Positions 28,572 to 38,222 of a DNA stretch of 64,000 bases are shown in pieces. The position numbers and the translations under genes are program-made. Position 1 is the first letter of the stretch. Each line of letters opens with the position of its first letter. Location of the stretch: NCBI GenBank assembly GCA_035307565.1, contig DATGHZ010000038.1, positions 78,899-142,898 of the forward strand, read 5' to 3'. The notes beneath the pieces were generated by a model. That model did no database searches and was not told the DNA's origin. It saw only the letters and a list, made by a program, of their open reading frames with translations. The DNA is from a bacterium (GTDB lineage: Bacteria; Sysuimicrobiota; Sysuimicrobiia; Sysuimicrobiales; Segetimicrobiaceae).

Positions 28572-29150
28572 CTACCCTTCCGCGAGATCCTTATGCGTAA
28601 TCAGGGCGATCCATCGCGCAAAGGCGTCCAGGTAGGCGCGGACGTGCTTGCGCGTGTCCTCGTCCGTCAGGTGCCCCGCCGCGTCGAATTTCTGCGCCGC
28701 GGCGGCGATGACCACCGCGGGCTGCGGCATCACAATCGCGTTGAGGTTGGCGAGAATCGCGCGCAGGTGCATCTGCGCGCGCGCCGTGCCCACGGCGCCC
28801 GGGCTGGCGCCGAGCACGCCGACCGGCTTGCCGCGCAGCGCGGCGTCGCCCGGCGGCCGGCTGAGCCAATCGATCGCGTTCTTGAGGACCCCCGGGACCG
28901 AGAAGTTGTATTCGGGGGTGACGATGAGCGTGCCGTCGGCGGCGCGCAGGACCGATTTGAGCCGCGTCACCGCGTCGGGAAACGCGGTGCGCTCGACGTC
29001 AAAGTTGTAGAGCGGAATGCCGTCGATCTCTTCGACCGCGACGGCGAGCGTGGGGGGCGCGAGTTCGCGCACCGCCTGCGCGAGCGCGCGGTTGTGGGAG
29101 CCGCCCCGTAGGCTGCCGGCGAAGACCGCGACCGAAAATGGCGCCGCCAT
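28572..29150 (-). CDS. NADPH-dependent FMN reductase family protein
   Basis: MAAPFSVAVFAGSLRGGSHNRAL and TPEYNFSVPGVLKNAIDWLSR blocks. The ATG at 29150 shares 1 nt with the upstream SDR stop (TGATG). Confidence 0.85.
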   Translation of the reverse strand: MAAPFSVAVFAGSLRGGSHNRALAQAVRELAPPTLAVAVEEIDGIPLYNFDVERTAFPDAVTRLKSVLRAADGTLIVTPEYNFSVPGVLKNAIDWLSRPPGDAALRGKPVGVLGASPGAVGTARAQMHLRAILANLNAIVMPQPAVVIAAAAQKFDAAGHLTDEDTRKHVRAYLDAFARWIALITHKDLAEG

Positions 29151-29941
29151 CACATCATCGCGCGGGTCTGTCCGCCGTCGATACAAATCGTCTGCCCCGT
29201 GATGTAGCTCGCCGCCTCGGACGCCAGGAAGACCGCCAGCGCGGCGAACTCGCGCGGTTCGCCGTAGCGCCCGAGCGGAATCGCGGCGACACTTTCTTTG
29301 ACGATGTCCTCGACCGACCGGCCCGTCTCTTTGGCGCGCGCCGCGTCGAGCCAGCGGACGCGGTCCGTGTCGATGCGGCCCGGCGCCAAATTGTTGACGA
29401 GGATGTTGTGCGGCGCCAGTTCAAACGACAGCGTTTTCGTGTAGGCGACCACGCCGGACCGGAACACGTTGCTCAAGATGAGCTGCGGGATCGGGACTTT
29501 GACCCCCGATGTGATGACCGTGAGGATGCGGCCCCAGCGGTTGGCCCGCATGAGCGGCACCGCGCCGCGGATGAGGCGCACCGCGCTCATCAGGTTCTGG
29601 TTGAACGCCTGCTCCCACTGGGCGTCGGTGAGCGTGAGCCCCGACCCGGCCGGCGGGCCGCCGGCGTTCGCCACCAGGATGTCGAGCCGGCCGAATCGCG
29701 TCCGCGCCGCCTCCAGCAGGCGGTCCACGCCCGCCGGGGCCGCAACGTCCGCGGTGACCGGTACCACGGTGCGGCGCGTGGCGCCCGCGATTTCATCCGC
29801 GGCCCTGGCGATCGCGTCTTCCCGCCGGCTTCCGATGACGACGTCCGCGCCGGCGTCGGCAAAGCCGTGGGCAATGGCCCGGCCTATGCCGGCGCTCGCG
29901 CCGGACACAACGGCCACGCGGCCCGACAAATCGATCCGCAT
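29150..29941 (-). CDS. SDR-family oxidoreductase
   Basis: LSGRVAVVSGASAGIGRAIA, NAGG, and a C-terminal ITGQTICIDGG. Confidence 0.85.
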   Translation of the reverse strand: MRIDLSGRVAVVSGASAGIGRAIAHGFADAGADVVIGSRREDAIARAADEIAGATRRTVVPVTADVAAPAGVDRLLEAARTRFGRLDILVANAGGPPAGSGLTLTDAQWEQAFNQNLMSAVRLIRGAVPLMRANRWGRILTVITSGVKVPIPQLILSNVFRSGVVAYTKTLSFELAPHNILVNNLAPGRIDTDRVRWLDAARAKETGRSVEDIVKESVAAIPLGRYGEPREFAALAVFLASEAASYITGQTICIDGGQTRAMM

Positions 29942-30813
29942 CAGCGTTCCTCCCGTCTCTGTCCCGGCGCGCGCCGGACCGGATTAGCGAGTTCTGGAAA
30001 GCCGTCGATCCGGCACCCGGCCACGTCGCCGTCCTCGATCACGGCGGCCCCGGGCGTGCCGGTCAGCAGCAGATCCCCCGGCTCCCACTCGAAGACGCGT
30101 GAGAAGAACGCCACCAGCATCGCCGGGGCAAAGCGCATGTCCGATACCGTGTTGGAGGCGACCATCTCCCCGCGGCGCAGCGTGCTCACGCGCAGTCCGG
30201 CGGGGGACGGGATCTCGTCCGCGGTCGTGATCCAGGGCCCGAGGCTCAGAAACGTCGCGAAGGACTTCGCGCGCGTGAGGAACCGGGGATTGCGCTGCAG
30301 GATGTCCTCCGCCGTCATGTCGAGCACGGGCACATAGCCGAACAACACCGAGCCAACGCCGGCCTCCGGGACCTCCGCCGCGCGGCGTCCCAGCACGAGG
30401 GCGAGTTCTGCTTCGGCGGTGACCCGCCGCGACTGCGGCGGCAGCACGATCGGATCCTCCGGGCCGATGAGCGTCGTCGCGGGCTTCATGAACGACGCCG
30501 GTTCATCGGGGACCGCGACCCCGAGGTCCTGCGCGTGCGCGCGGTAGTTCAGCCCGATGCCCCAGATCTTCGGCGGCCGCCTGAGCGGACAGACGAGCCG
30601 CGCGTCCGGCAGCGGCGCCGCCGGGATGCGACCGCCCAGCCGGTCGAGCGCGGCGCGAAAGCGGTCGAGCGCCTCCCCGGCGATGAAGCCGTCGAGCGTC
30701 GCGGGGACGCGCACGTCCGCGCCGGCGGCGAGGCGCTCGACATCGTAGATTGCGCCGCCGACCTGCACGGCGGCCCGCTCGGTGTCACCGGCCCGGTAGG
30801 AGGCGAACCGCAT
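29941..30813 (-). CDS. Fumarylacetoacetate hydrolase (FAH) family protein
   Basis: Internal ATG at 30813 (MRFASYR..). GIGLNYRAHAQD, AELALVLG and LLTGTPGA blocks. The stop shares 1 nt with the SDR start. Confidence 0.85.
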   Translation of the reverse strand: MRFASYRAGDTERAAVQVGGAIYDVERLAAGADVRVPATLDGFIAGEALDRFRAALDRLGGRIPAAPLPDARLVCPLRRPPKIWGIGLNYRAHAQDLGVAVPDEPASFMKPATTLIGPEDPIVLPPQSRRVTAEAELALVLGRRAAEVPEAGVGSVLFGYVPVLDMTAEDILQRNPRFLTRAKSFATFLSLGPWITTADEIPSPAGLRVSTLRRGEMVASNTVSDMRFAPAMLVAFFSRVFEWEPGDLLLTGTPGAAVIEDGDVAGCRIDGFPELANPVRRAPGQRREER

Positions 30814-30932
30814 GGGGGATGCTTGGCCTCCTCGACGGCCGCCTCCTCCGGTCCGGCGCGGGAGGAGTCGGCGTCCGGGGTTGGAAAACCCATGGCGATA
30901 TCGATTCGTAGAATAATTGCGTGCGACGAGCC

Positions 30933-32192
30933 ATGACATCATCGATCGGACTTCGCCTGTGTGCCGCACTCACGCTGGCCGCGCTGCTCGCCGCCGCGCC
31001 GGCGCGGCCCGGCGCCGCGCAGGGGCCGTCCGCGCCCCCGCTGCTGCCGATCGCGGTGACCGGCGGCCCCGCCACGCTCGACACCCTGCGGCTTGCGATT
31101 ACCACGGCCGCTCGCCTCGCCCTCGGCTACCAAACCTCCTCCGCGGTCGTCACGGTGGCCGACACTCAGCCGCCGCTCGTTCCCCTCGACGCCTCGGCGG
31201 CCGAAACGGTGACGGCCGGCCTCACCGTCACCGCGGCCGGCGCGCCGCCCGTGACGCACGTCGTCCGCGTGGCGCTCACAAACGCGATCATCCCCTGGAA
31301 CGACGCCGAGACGCTCCTTGTGAGCAACAGCCCCGAGACCATCCCGCTCGGGAAAGTGCTGTACACGGGTGCCTTGTCGGCTGCGCAGACCGTCAGGCTG
31401 CTGTTCCACCACCAAAACGGCTCGAAGGAACAGCACATGTTCCTCACGGTCACGCTCAGCAATCCGTCCCGCGATCCCGCCGCGGTGTGGGTCCAGGGCG
31501 CGATCGGCGGTCCGTCGCAGGACGAGGTGACGCCGGGGCACGACGCGGCCCGGATCTTTCTCGTCGACTATGTCCACCACGCCGGATTTCTCGTCCGGCT
31601 GCCGGGCAACACGACGGTCCCGCTGTTCGTCGTGGACCTGCCCCCGCTCGGGATCACGAGCGGGATCATGCAGGCCGGGCTCCTCGACGGCGCGCGCCTG
31701 AACGTCCAGGTCGCGGCGCGCCTCGCGACCGAGGCGGATCCGCCGATGATGAGCTATGAACCGGACTTCGACCGCATCCATCAGCGCGGGGCGTTCGTGC
31801 GCCCGCAGATCGGGCGGACGGTGGCGTACACGGTCGGAGGCCCGCTGGCCGTGATGGATATCGCCGTGAACGCGGACCTTCTGCACGAGGGCCAGACCGG
31901 GACGCTGCTGCAGGGCAACTACGGCGTGGTGTACCGCTTCGATATCAACCTCGACAATCCGACCCCGGCGCCCGCCATCGCCGTGCTCGTCCTGCACGCG
32001 GCCGGCGGCCAGGCGCGCGGGACGTTTCTCATCGGCGACCAGGTCGTGGAGAGTCCCCTCGTCCAGCCGTACGCCCCCCAGGTCATCTTCACCCTCCCGC
32101 TGCCAGCGCAGACACGGCGCAGCCTTCGCATTTTGACCGTCCCGGAGAGCGGCTCCAACTATCCGGTGAAACTGACGCTGGGCGCGCCGTGA
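30933..32192 (+). CDS. Secreted hypothetical protein (about 420 aa, no family recognised)
   Basis: Signal peptide MTSSIGLRLCAALTLAALLAAAPARPGAAQG. High GC3 and a balanced amino-acid composition (N, Y, F, I, H present), unlike the antisense ORF 30939..33404. I recognise no motif. Confidence 0.65.
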   Translation: MTSSIGLRLCAALTLAALLAAAPARPGAAQGPSAPPLLPIAVTGGPATLDTLRLAITTAARLALGYQTSSAVVTVADTQPPLVPLDASAAETVTAGLTVTAAGAPPVTHVVRVALTNAIIPWNDAETLLVSNSPETIPLGKVLYTGALSAAQTVRLLFHHQNGSKEQHMFLTVTLSNPSRDPAAVWVQGAIGGPSQDEVTPGHDAARIFLVDYVHHAGFLVRLPGNTTVPLFVVDLPPLGITSGIMQAGLLDGARLNVQVAARLATEADPPMMSYEPDFDRIHQRGAFVRPQIGRTVAYTVGGPLAVMDIAVNADLLHEGQTGTLLQGNYGVVYRFDINLDNPTPAPAIAVLVLHAAGGQARGTFLIGDQVVESPLVQPYAPQVIFTLPLPAQTRRSLRILTVPESGSNYPVKLTLGAP

Positions 32193-32216
32193 CGCCGGCC
32201 CCCGCGGCGGCGTGAC

Positions 32217-33353
32217 GTGCCGGCTCCCGCCGTAGGCCCGCGGCATCCGGGCGGCGCGTTCCGCATCGTGCTGAAGGTCGGCACGATCACGCTGACCGGA
32301 GGCGGGCCGGTCGTGGACCCGAGCCGCGTCACCGCCGTCGCCGAGGACGTGGCCGCGGCGGTGCGGGCGGGCCGCCAGGTCGTGCTCGTGTCGTCCGGCG
32401 CCATCGTCACCGGGGCCGGGCTGCTCGGCCGCCGCCGCCCGCGGCGCCTCGTCGAGAAGCAGGCGCTGTCCGCGGTCGGCCAGCCGGTGCTGATGCAGCA
32501 GTACGGAGAGGCCTTCGGCCGGCTCGGGCTGCGGGCCGCGCAGGTGCTCCTGACGCGTGAAGACTTCGCCGACCGCCGTCGCCACGTCAACGCGCGCCAC
32601 ACGCTGCTCGCGTTGCTCGGCGAGGGGATCGTCCCCGTGATCAACGAGAACGACGCCGTCGCCACCGACGAAATCCAGATCGGCGACAACGACACGCTGT
32701 CGGCGCTCGTGGCGAGCCTCGTCGGCGCGGACCTCCTGGTGATGCTGTCGGATGTGCCGGGCCTCATGACGGCGGACCCGCGGCGCAACCGCGCGGCCCA
32801 ACTGGTCCCCACGGTGACGCGCATCGATGCGGAAATCGTCCGCTCGGCGCGGCGGACCGTCACGCCGCAAGGCGTGGGCGGCATGGCCACGAAAATCGAC
32901 GCCGCACGCATCGCCACGGAGTCGGGGGTCGCCACCGTGGTCACCGGCGGGCCCGTCGACCGGCCGCTCGCCCGCCTGCTGGCGGGCGAGCGGCACGGCA
33001 CGCTCTTCCTCCCCGCCGGCCGCCTCTCCGGCCGCGGCCGCTGGCTCGCCTTCGGCATGGTCGCGCGCGGCGCGCTCGTCATCGACGACGGCGCCGCCGC
33101 GGCGCTGCGGCGCGGTAAGAGCCTCCTGCCGGCCGGGATTGTCCGGATCGAGGGCACGTTCGACGCGGGGGAGGCCGTCGCGATCACGACGGGGCAAGGG
33201 CAGGAGCTCGCGCGAGGACTCGTCAACTACTCCAGCGCGCATCTCGCCCGAATCCGCGGCCGGCGGACCTCCGAGATCGCGCGCGTCCTCGGCGACAAGA
33301 CGTCCGACGAGGCCGTCCATCGCAACAACCTGGTGGTGACGGCGGCACGATGA
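32217..33353 (+). CDS. proB: Glutamate 5-kinase
   Basis: VLKVGTITLT, VLVSSGAI, DNDTLSALVA, and a C-terminal PUA-like region (ALVIDDGAAAALRRGKSLLPAGI). Confidence 0.9.
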   Translation: MPAPAVGPRHPGGAFRIVLKVGTITLTGGGPVVDPSRVTAVAEDVAAAVRAGRQVVLVSSGAIVTGAGLLGRRRPRRLVEKQALSAVGQPVLMQQYGEAFGRLGLRAAQVLLTREDFADRRRHVNARHTLLALLGEGIVPVINENDAVATDEIQIGDNDTLSALVASLVGADLLVMLSDVPGLMTADPRRNRAAQLVPTVTRIDAEIVRSARRTVTPQGVGGMATKIDAARIATESGVATVVTGGPVDRPLARLLAGERHGTLFLPAGRLSGRGRWLAFGMVARGALVIDDGAAAALRRGKSLLPAGIVRIEGTFDAGEAVAITTGQGQELARGLVNYSSAHLARIRGRRTSEIARVLGDKTSDEAVHRNNLVVTAAR

Positions 33354-34603
33354 GCACCGCGGTCGTGGATGTGGCCACGCAGGCGCGCGCCGCGCGCGAG
33401 GCATCGCGCGCGCTGCACCACGCCTCCGATGCGGCGCGGCGGGGCGCGCTCGCCGCCATGGCGGCGGCCATCCGATCGAACGTCCCCGCCATCCTCGCGG
33501 CCAACGGCGAGGACGTGGAGGCGCTGCGCGACCGCCCGCCGGCCTTTCGGGACCGTCTTGCGCTCACGCCGGAGCGAACCGAGCGCCTCGCGGCCGCGGT
33601 CGACGAGATCGCGGCCCTGCCCGACCCGCTCGCGGCGCCGCTTGAGGTGCGCACGCGGCCCAACGGGATGGAGATCAGGCGGGTGCGGGTGCCGATCGGG
33701 GTCGTCGCGATGATTTACGAATCGCGCCCGAACGTGACGGTGGACGCCGCGGCCCTGTGCCTGCGCGCCGGCAACGCGGTCATCCTGCGCGGGGGGGCGG
33801 AATCGCGCCGTACGGACGAAGCGCTCGGGCAGGCGATCGCGGACGGGCTGCGCGCCGCGGGCCTCCCGGCCGCGGCGGTCACGCTGCTCGCGCGTCGCGA
33901 CTATGATGCGATCCGCGAACTCGTGCGCCTGGACGGGCTCGTCGACCTGGTGATCCCGCGCGGCGGCCCGCCGCTGATCCGGCTCGTCACCGAGCACGCC
34001 CGGATTCCCGTGCTGAAGCACGACCGCGGGGTCACGCACGTGTTCGTGGACCGGGACGCGGATCTCGAGATGGCCGTCCGGATCATCGTCAACGCCAAGA
34101 CGAACCGGCCGAGCACGTGCAACGCGCTCGAGAAGGTGCTGGTGGACGCGCCGATCGCCCCGCGGGTGGTCCCGCCGCTCGTCGCCGCGCTGGGCGCCGC
34201 GGGGGTCGAGGTGCGGGGGGACGCGGAGACCCGGCGGTGGGCCCGCGAGATAGCGGCGGCCGACGACGATGACTGGGACGCGGAGTATCTTGACCTGATC
34301 CTTGCGATCCGCGTCGTCGACGGGTTGGACGCGGCGGTCGAGCATATCGGCCGGCACGGCACCGGTCTCGCCGATGCGATCGTCACGCGCGACCGCGGAC
34401 GCGCGGAGCGCTTCGTGCGCGAAGTGGACAGCGCGGCGGTGCTGGTGAACGCGTCGACGCGCCTCGTGGACGGCGGCGAGTTCGGGCTCGGCGCCGAAGT
34501 CGGCATCAGCACCAACCGGCTGCACGCGCGCGGCCCGATGGGGCTCGCGGATCTCACCACGACGAAGTGGATTGTGTGGGGGTCCGGACAGACCCGAGCG
34601 TAA
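33350..34603 (+). CDS. proA: Glutamate-5-semialdehyde dehydrogenase
   Basis: The ATG overlaps the proB stop (ATGA). ILRGGAES, IPRGG, and the catalytic region PSTCNALEKVLV. Confidence 0.9.
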   Translation: MSTAVVDVATQARAAREASRALHHASDAARRGALAAMAAAIRSNVPAILAANGEDVEALRDRPPAFRDRLALTPERTERLAAAVDEIAALPDPLAAPLEVRTRPNGMEIRRVRVPIGVVAMIYESRPNVTVDAAALCLRAGNAVILRGGAESRRTDEALGQAIADGLRAAGLPAAAVTLLARRDYDAIRELVRLDGLVDLVIPRGGPPLIRLVTEHARIPVLKHDRGVTHVFVDRDADLEMAVRIIVNAKTNRPSTCNALEKVLVDAPIAPRVVPPLVAALGAAGVEVRGDAETRRWAREIAAADDDDWDAEYLDLILAIRVVDGLDAAVEHIGRHGTGLADAIVTRDRGRAERFVREVDSAAVLVNASTRLVDGGEFGLGAEVGISTNRLHARGPMGLADLTTTKWIVWGSGQTRA

Positions 34604-34621
34604 CGCCCCGCCGCGGCGGGG

Positions 34622-35257
34622 TCAGAAGGCCCGGACGGCCGGCGGCGTTCCGATCAGCGAGGCGAGGAGTTTCACGCCGAAGTACGCCATCGCCGTCCCG
34701 CAGGCGACGTTGATCCATCGATACCATCGCCCGGTGAGAAATCTCCGGCCCCACGCGATCATGACGGCCATGAAGAAGCACCAGGCAAGACACGCCAGCA
34801 TAAACGCCGCGAAGAAGACCGTCAGCAGCTGCTGACGGGTCGCGCCCAACGCCGCGACCGCCCCGCCGCCCATCCCGAGCCAGAAGGCGATGTTCTGAGG
34901 GTTCGACAGCGAGAGCGCGGCGCCGGCGGCAAGATCGCTGCCAGAGGCCGGTGCGTCCGTGACGGGGCCGGCGCTCACCCACGCGTCCCGGAACGCGCGC
35001 GCGGCCAGATAGAAGAGCAGCAGCACGCCGAGCGCGGCGAGTCCGGCCGAGACGGGCCGGTACACCGCCAGGTATGCGACGCCCGAGAGCGCCAGCGCCG
35101 CCCAGGTGGCGTCGCCGACGAGCGAACCGAGTTCCGTCAGCAGCGCGCCGCCGAAGCCTCGATGGATTCCGCGGCGCAGCGCTTCGGCCATGACGGCGCC
35201 GGGCGGCGCGCAGAAGGCGAGTCCGAGGGCAAAGGCCGTCCAGAAGAGCGCGTCCAT
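34622..35257 (-). CDS. LysE/RhtB-family amino-acid exporter
   Basis: 211 aa, 5-6 TM segments. The N-terminal FALGLAFCAPPGAVMAEALRRG block is typical of the LysE family. Confidence 0.75.
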   Translation of the reverse strand: MDALFWTAFALGLAFCAPPGAVMAEALRRGIHRGFGGALLTELGSLVGDATWAALALSGVAYLAVYRPVSAGLAALGVLLLFYLAARAFRDAWVSAGPVTDAPASGSDLAAGAALSLSNPQNIAFWLGMGGGAVAALGATRQQLLTVFFAAFMLACLAWCFFMAVMIAWGRRFLTGRWYRWINVACGTAMAYFGVKLLASLIGTPPAVRAF

Positions 35258-35258
35258 T

Positions 35259-35948
35259 TTACCCGTCGGGGACCGGATCCATGCCGCGGGCGACCCGTGC
35301 GATCGTGTCGAGGCTCACGTCCAACAGACTCGGGGCGATGAGATCGGCGGCCGAGAAATCCATCGTGCGGGTCAAGTGCGACGGCACGGCGATGCACGGC
35401 ATGCCCGCGGCCTTGGCCGCGCGCACGCCGGGCTCGCTGTCCTCCAGCGCCACGCATGCCCGCGGGGGAACGGCGAGCCGGGTCGCGGCGAGCAGGTACA
35501 CGTCGGGCGCGGGTTTTGCGAGGGGGACTTCGTCCCCGCACGCCAGCGCGTCGAAGCGGCCGTCGAGCCGCAGGTCCGACAGCAGATGCCGGACCCGGAG
35601 CCGGCGCGACGACGACGCCACCGCGGCGCGGATGCCGCCCGCCGCGAGCCGGTCCAGGAGCGGGATGACGCCGGGAAGCGGCTTCAGGTACTCTCGCTCG
35701 AGACGCGCGTGCTCGTCCTGCCACAGCGCCCGCGCGTCGCCGGGGCCCATCAGGCCGCCGGCCTCGCGGAACGGCCGCAGCGGGTCGAATGGGCTGTCGT
35801 TGCGGCCGACGTTCCGGAGCCACGACGCAAGCGGGAAGGTCCAGCCGTATCGCGCGTACACCGCCTGCCACGCCAGGTACTCGGGCATCTCCGTATCGAC
35901 AATGAGGCCGTCGAAGTCGAAGATCACCGCCTGAACCGGCCCCGTCAT
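35259..35948 (-). CDS. HAD-superfamily hydrolase (beta-phosphoglucomutase-like subfamily)
   Basis: The internal ATG at 35948 overlaps the upstream stop (ATGA). Motif I is FDFDGLIVDTE. Later SSSRR and GDEV..K blocks, and ALEDSEPGVRAAKAAGM. Confidence 0.8.
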   Translation of the reverse strand: MTGPVQAVIFDFDGLIVDTEMPEYLAWQAVYARYGWTFPLASWLRNVGRNDSPFDPLRPFREAGGLMGPGDARALWQDEHARLEREYLKPLPGVIPLLDRLAAGGIRAAVASSSRRLRVRHLLSDLRLDGRFDALACGDEVPLAKPAPDVYLLAATRLAVPPRACVALEDSEPGVRAAKAAGMPCIAVPSHLTRTMDFSAADLIAPSLLDVSLDTIARVARGMDPVPDG

Positions 35949-37489
35949 GGGCCCACGAACGTCTCGGACGCCGCGGGTCCCTGCCAGGCGATCGCACGGC
36001 CCCCGATCGTGCCCTGCAAATCTGCGTCTCCGCGCAGCTGCAGAAACGCCTGCGCCGCTTCCGCGGCGCCGGCCTGCGCACCCAATGGACGGCTGCCGAG
36101 CGCGTCCCACACCCGTATGGTCAGGAGCACGCTGTCCGGACCGCTCGCCGCCCGCACCATGATCTGCGCCGGCGCCCGCACGCGCCGGCCGCCGGCCGCC
36201 GGGCCGGGATGCCAGCCCGTGTAGGTGATCCGCGTGATCGGCAGCGCGGCCATGAGCCCGCCGCGCTCCGTTTGTTCCGCACCCGACGGTGCGGGAAATG
36301 CCGGCCGCGCGGGAGCGACGCCGTGTGCGCCCCAGACGAACAGCGTTCCGAATTGGCCGCCTTCCGAGGCCTCACCGCGCGGCAGGTGCACGTTTCCATA
36401 CACGTACGCACCCGACGTACTTGCGGCCTCGCCCCACTCCCAGGTCACGCCGCGCCACGTTCCCCAGTTGTGGTCGTGGTAGGCCGGGGCGTTCTTGAGT
36501 ACGAGCGTACCGGCCGCGGTCGTGATCGCGCCGTCCGCGCGTCCGCGGACGATGGGCACGACGTATCCGCTGATCGCCCCGTCCACCCGCACCTCCGTTG
36601 GAGGCAGCGTGAACCCGCGGTCCGGCCGGATCCGGAGGTCGACGCGAAGCCGCGGATCGCGCACGGTCACGCGGTATCCCTCCGCGCCGACACGGACGCG
36701 GGCCGGTCCGACGCGCTGGTCCGCGGAGACCGTGGAGATGTCAGCGGGGCCGATGCGGGCCGGGAGCACAACATCTTGGAGGGGGACGCCCGGACGGCGG
36801 ATGCGGGCGATGATCGCCCCTTTGCCGTTCGCGCCGGCGAGTAGCGTAAGATACGCGTACGCGTGGCTCCGCGGGTCGATGACGTTGAAGTAATCCCATT
36901 CCGCCCACCCCGCGCGGTCCGGCGACGGAGGGCCGCCCGCCGGCGCCATTTCGCCCGCCGCGGGCGGTTCGTGGAAATGGTCCAGCCGGCCGGCCAGTTC
37001 CGGAAGCGGCGGGTCCAGCCACGCACGGTCCGCCGGACTATCAACGCCGCCCGCCACCGCCCGCGCCGCGCGGGCCGCCCGGTCCAGCGACGGAATTCCG
37101 GCCGAAGCCGTCGCCGCGACGACGCGCCCGCGGACCCGCACGTAGATGAGCCGGTCGGACAATTGCGGGGCGGCCGCGGCGACGATGGCGTGAAACCGGG
37201 GACCGTCCAGGAGGTCCCGCACAATATACCGGGCGTTGGGAATCGTGAGGAAGAGGCCCGTCACGCCGTTCACCTTGATGACCGCGGGATCCACGCCTTC
37301 GGGCAGTACGACCACATCTCCGCCGGCCACGAGGTTGCGGTCCCGGGCTTCGTCCAAGAGTGCGTCGCCGACCGAGAGCAGCACGATCATGATGGCCACA
37401 CCGGTCCCGTACCCGAGGAGCAAGAGGGCCGAGCGCCATGGGCGGTCCACGAGCGCGCGGCGCGCGACGAGCCAGGCCGCGGGGGTCAT
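35945..37489 (-). CDS. Membrane-anchored protein: FtsX/MacB-like TM1 plus a periplasmic stub, fused to an AttH/CrtC-like (lipocalin-type) domain
   Basis: The N-terminus RALVDRPWRSALLLLGYGTGVAIMIVLLSVGDALLDEARD resembles the first TM and loop of FtsX permeases, but no later TM segments follow. Downstream, the EWDYFNV and YHDHNWGTW blocks resemble AttH/CrtC family motifs. That match is from memory and not searched. Confidence 0.5.
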   Translation of the reverse strand: MTPAAWLVARRALVDRPWRSALLLLGYGTGVAIMIVLLSVGDALLDEARDRNLVAGGDVVVLPEGVDPAVIKVNGVTGLFLTIPNARYIVRDLLDGPRFHAIVAAAAPQLSDRLIYVRVRGRVVAATASAGIPSLDRAARAARAVAGGVDSPADRAWLDPPLPELAGRLDHFHEPPAAGEMAPAGGPPSPDRAGWAEWDYFNVIDPRSHAYAYLTLLAGANGKGAIIARIRRPGVPLQDVVLPARIGPADISTVSADQRVGPARVRVGAEGYRVTVRDPRLRVDLRIRPDRGFTLPPTEVRVDGAISGYVVPIVRGRADGAITTAAGTLVLKNAPAYHDHNWGTWRGVTWEWGEAASTSGAYVYGNVHLPRGEASEGGQFGTLFVWGAHGVAPARPAFPAPSGAEQTERGGLMAALPITRITYTGWHPGPAAGGRRVRAPAQIMVRAASGPDSVLLTIRVWDALGSRPLGAQAGAAEAAQAFLQLRGDADLQGTIGGRAIAWQGPAASETFVGP

Positions 37490-37511
37490 GCGCCTGCGGC
37501 TCCGCGGCGCA

Positions 37512-38222
37512 TCAGATCACGATGCCGTTTCGCATGCGGACCTGACGGTCGGCCAGCGACGCCAAATCCGCGTTGTGCGTCACGACAACCACGGCGCAGC
37601 CGTCTTCGGCGGCCCGGCGCAGGACGCCGAAGATGTCGCGGCCGGTGGCCTCGTCGAGTTCGCCGGTCGGTTCATCGGCCAGGAGCAGCGCCGGACGGTT
37701 CGCCAGCGCGCGGGCGATCGCGACCCGCTGCATCTCTCCGCCGCTCAACTGCGCGGGCCGGTGACGCGCGCGGCCGGCCAGCCCCATCCGCGCCAGGAGG
37801 AGCTGCGCGCGCGCCCGGCGGGTCCCGCCCGGAACGCCCGCTTCCAGCATCGGCAGCATGATGTTCTCTTCGGCCGTCAGCATCGGCAGCAGAAAGAACC
37901 GCTGGAAGACAAAGCCCACGTGCCGCAGCCGCAGCCGCGCGAGCGCCGCGTCGTCGAGCGTCTGCGTTGCCCGCCCCAGCAGCGTCACGGTGCCGGTCGT
38001 CGGAAGATCGACCCCGCCGAGCAGGTGCAGCAGCGTCGATTTGCCACAGCCGCTCGGGCCGACGACCGAGACCATCTGTCCCTGCTCGATGGCGAAACTG
38101 ACGCCGCGCAGCGCGTGCACCGTCCCGCCCGGCCCGCGGTAGTCCTTGACGACCGCGTCGGCCGCGGCCACGGGCGCCGCGGTCACGGGCGGCGCGACCT
38201 CGGCGCGCTCCGCGCGGCTCAT
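37512..38222 (-). CDS. ABC transporter ATP-binding protein, MacB/LolD type
   Basis: Walker [10 protein letters not shown], signature [15 protein letters not shown], Walker [13 protein letters not shown]. The ATG overlaps the upstream permease stop (ATGA). Confidence 0.9.
   Translation of the reverse strand: MSRAERAEVAPPVTAAPVAAADAVVKDYRGPGGTVHALRGVSFAIEQGQMVSVVGPSGCGKSTLLHLLGGVDLPTTGTVTLLGRATQTLDDAALARLRLRHVGFVFQRFFLLPMLTAEENIMLPMLEAGVPGGTRRARAQLLLARMGLAGRARHRPAQLSGGEMQRVAIARALANRPALLLADEPTGELDEATGRDIFGVLRRAAEDGCAVVVVTHNADLASLADRQVRMRNGIVI

Noticed and set aside
30939-33404. 821-aa minus-strand ORF
   Set aside because: It is antisense to proB (unambiguous motifs) and to the secreted protein gene, whose frame has far better codon bias. 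Its composition is dominated by R, G, D and A.
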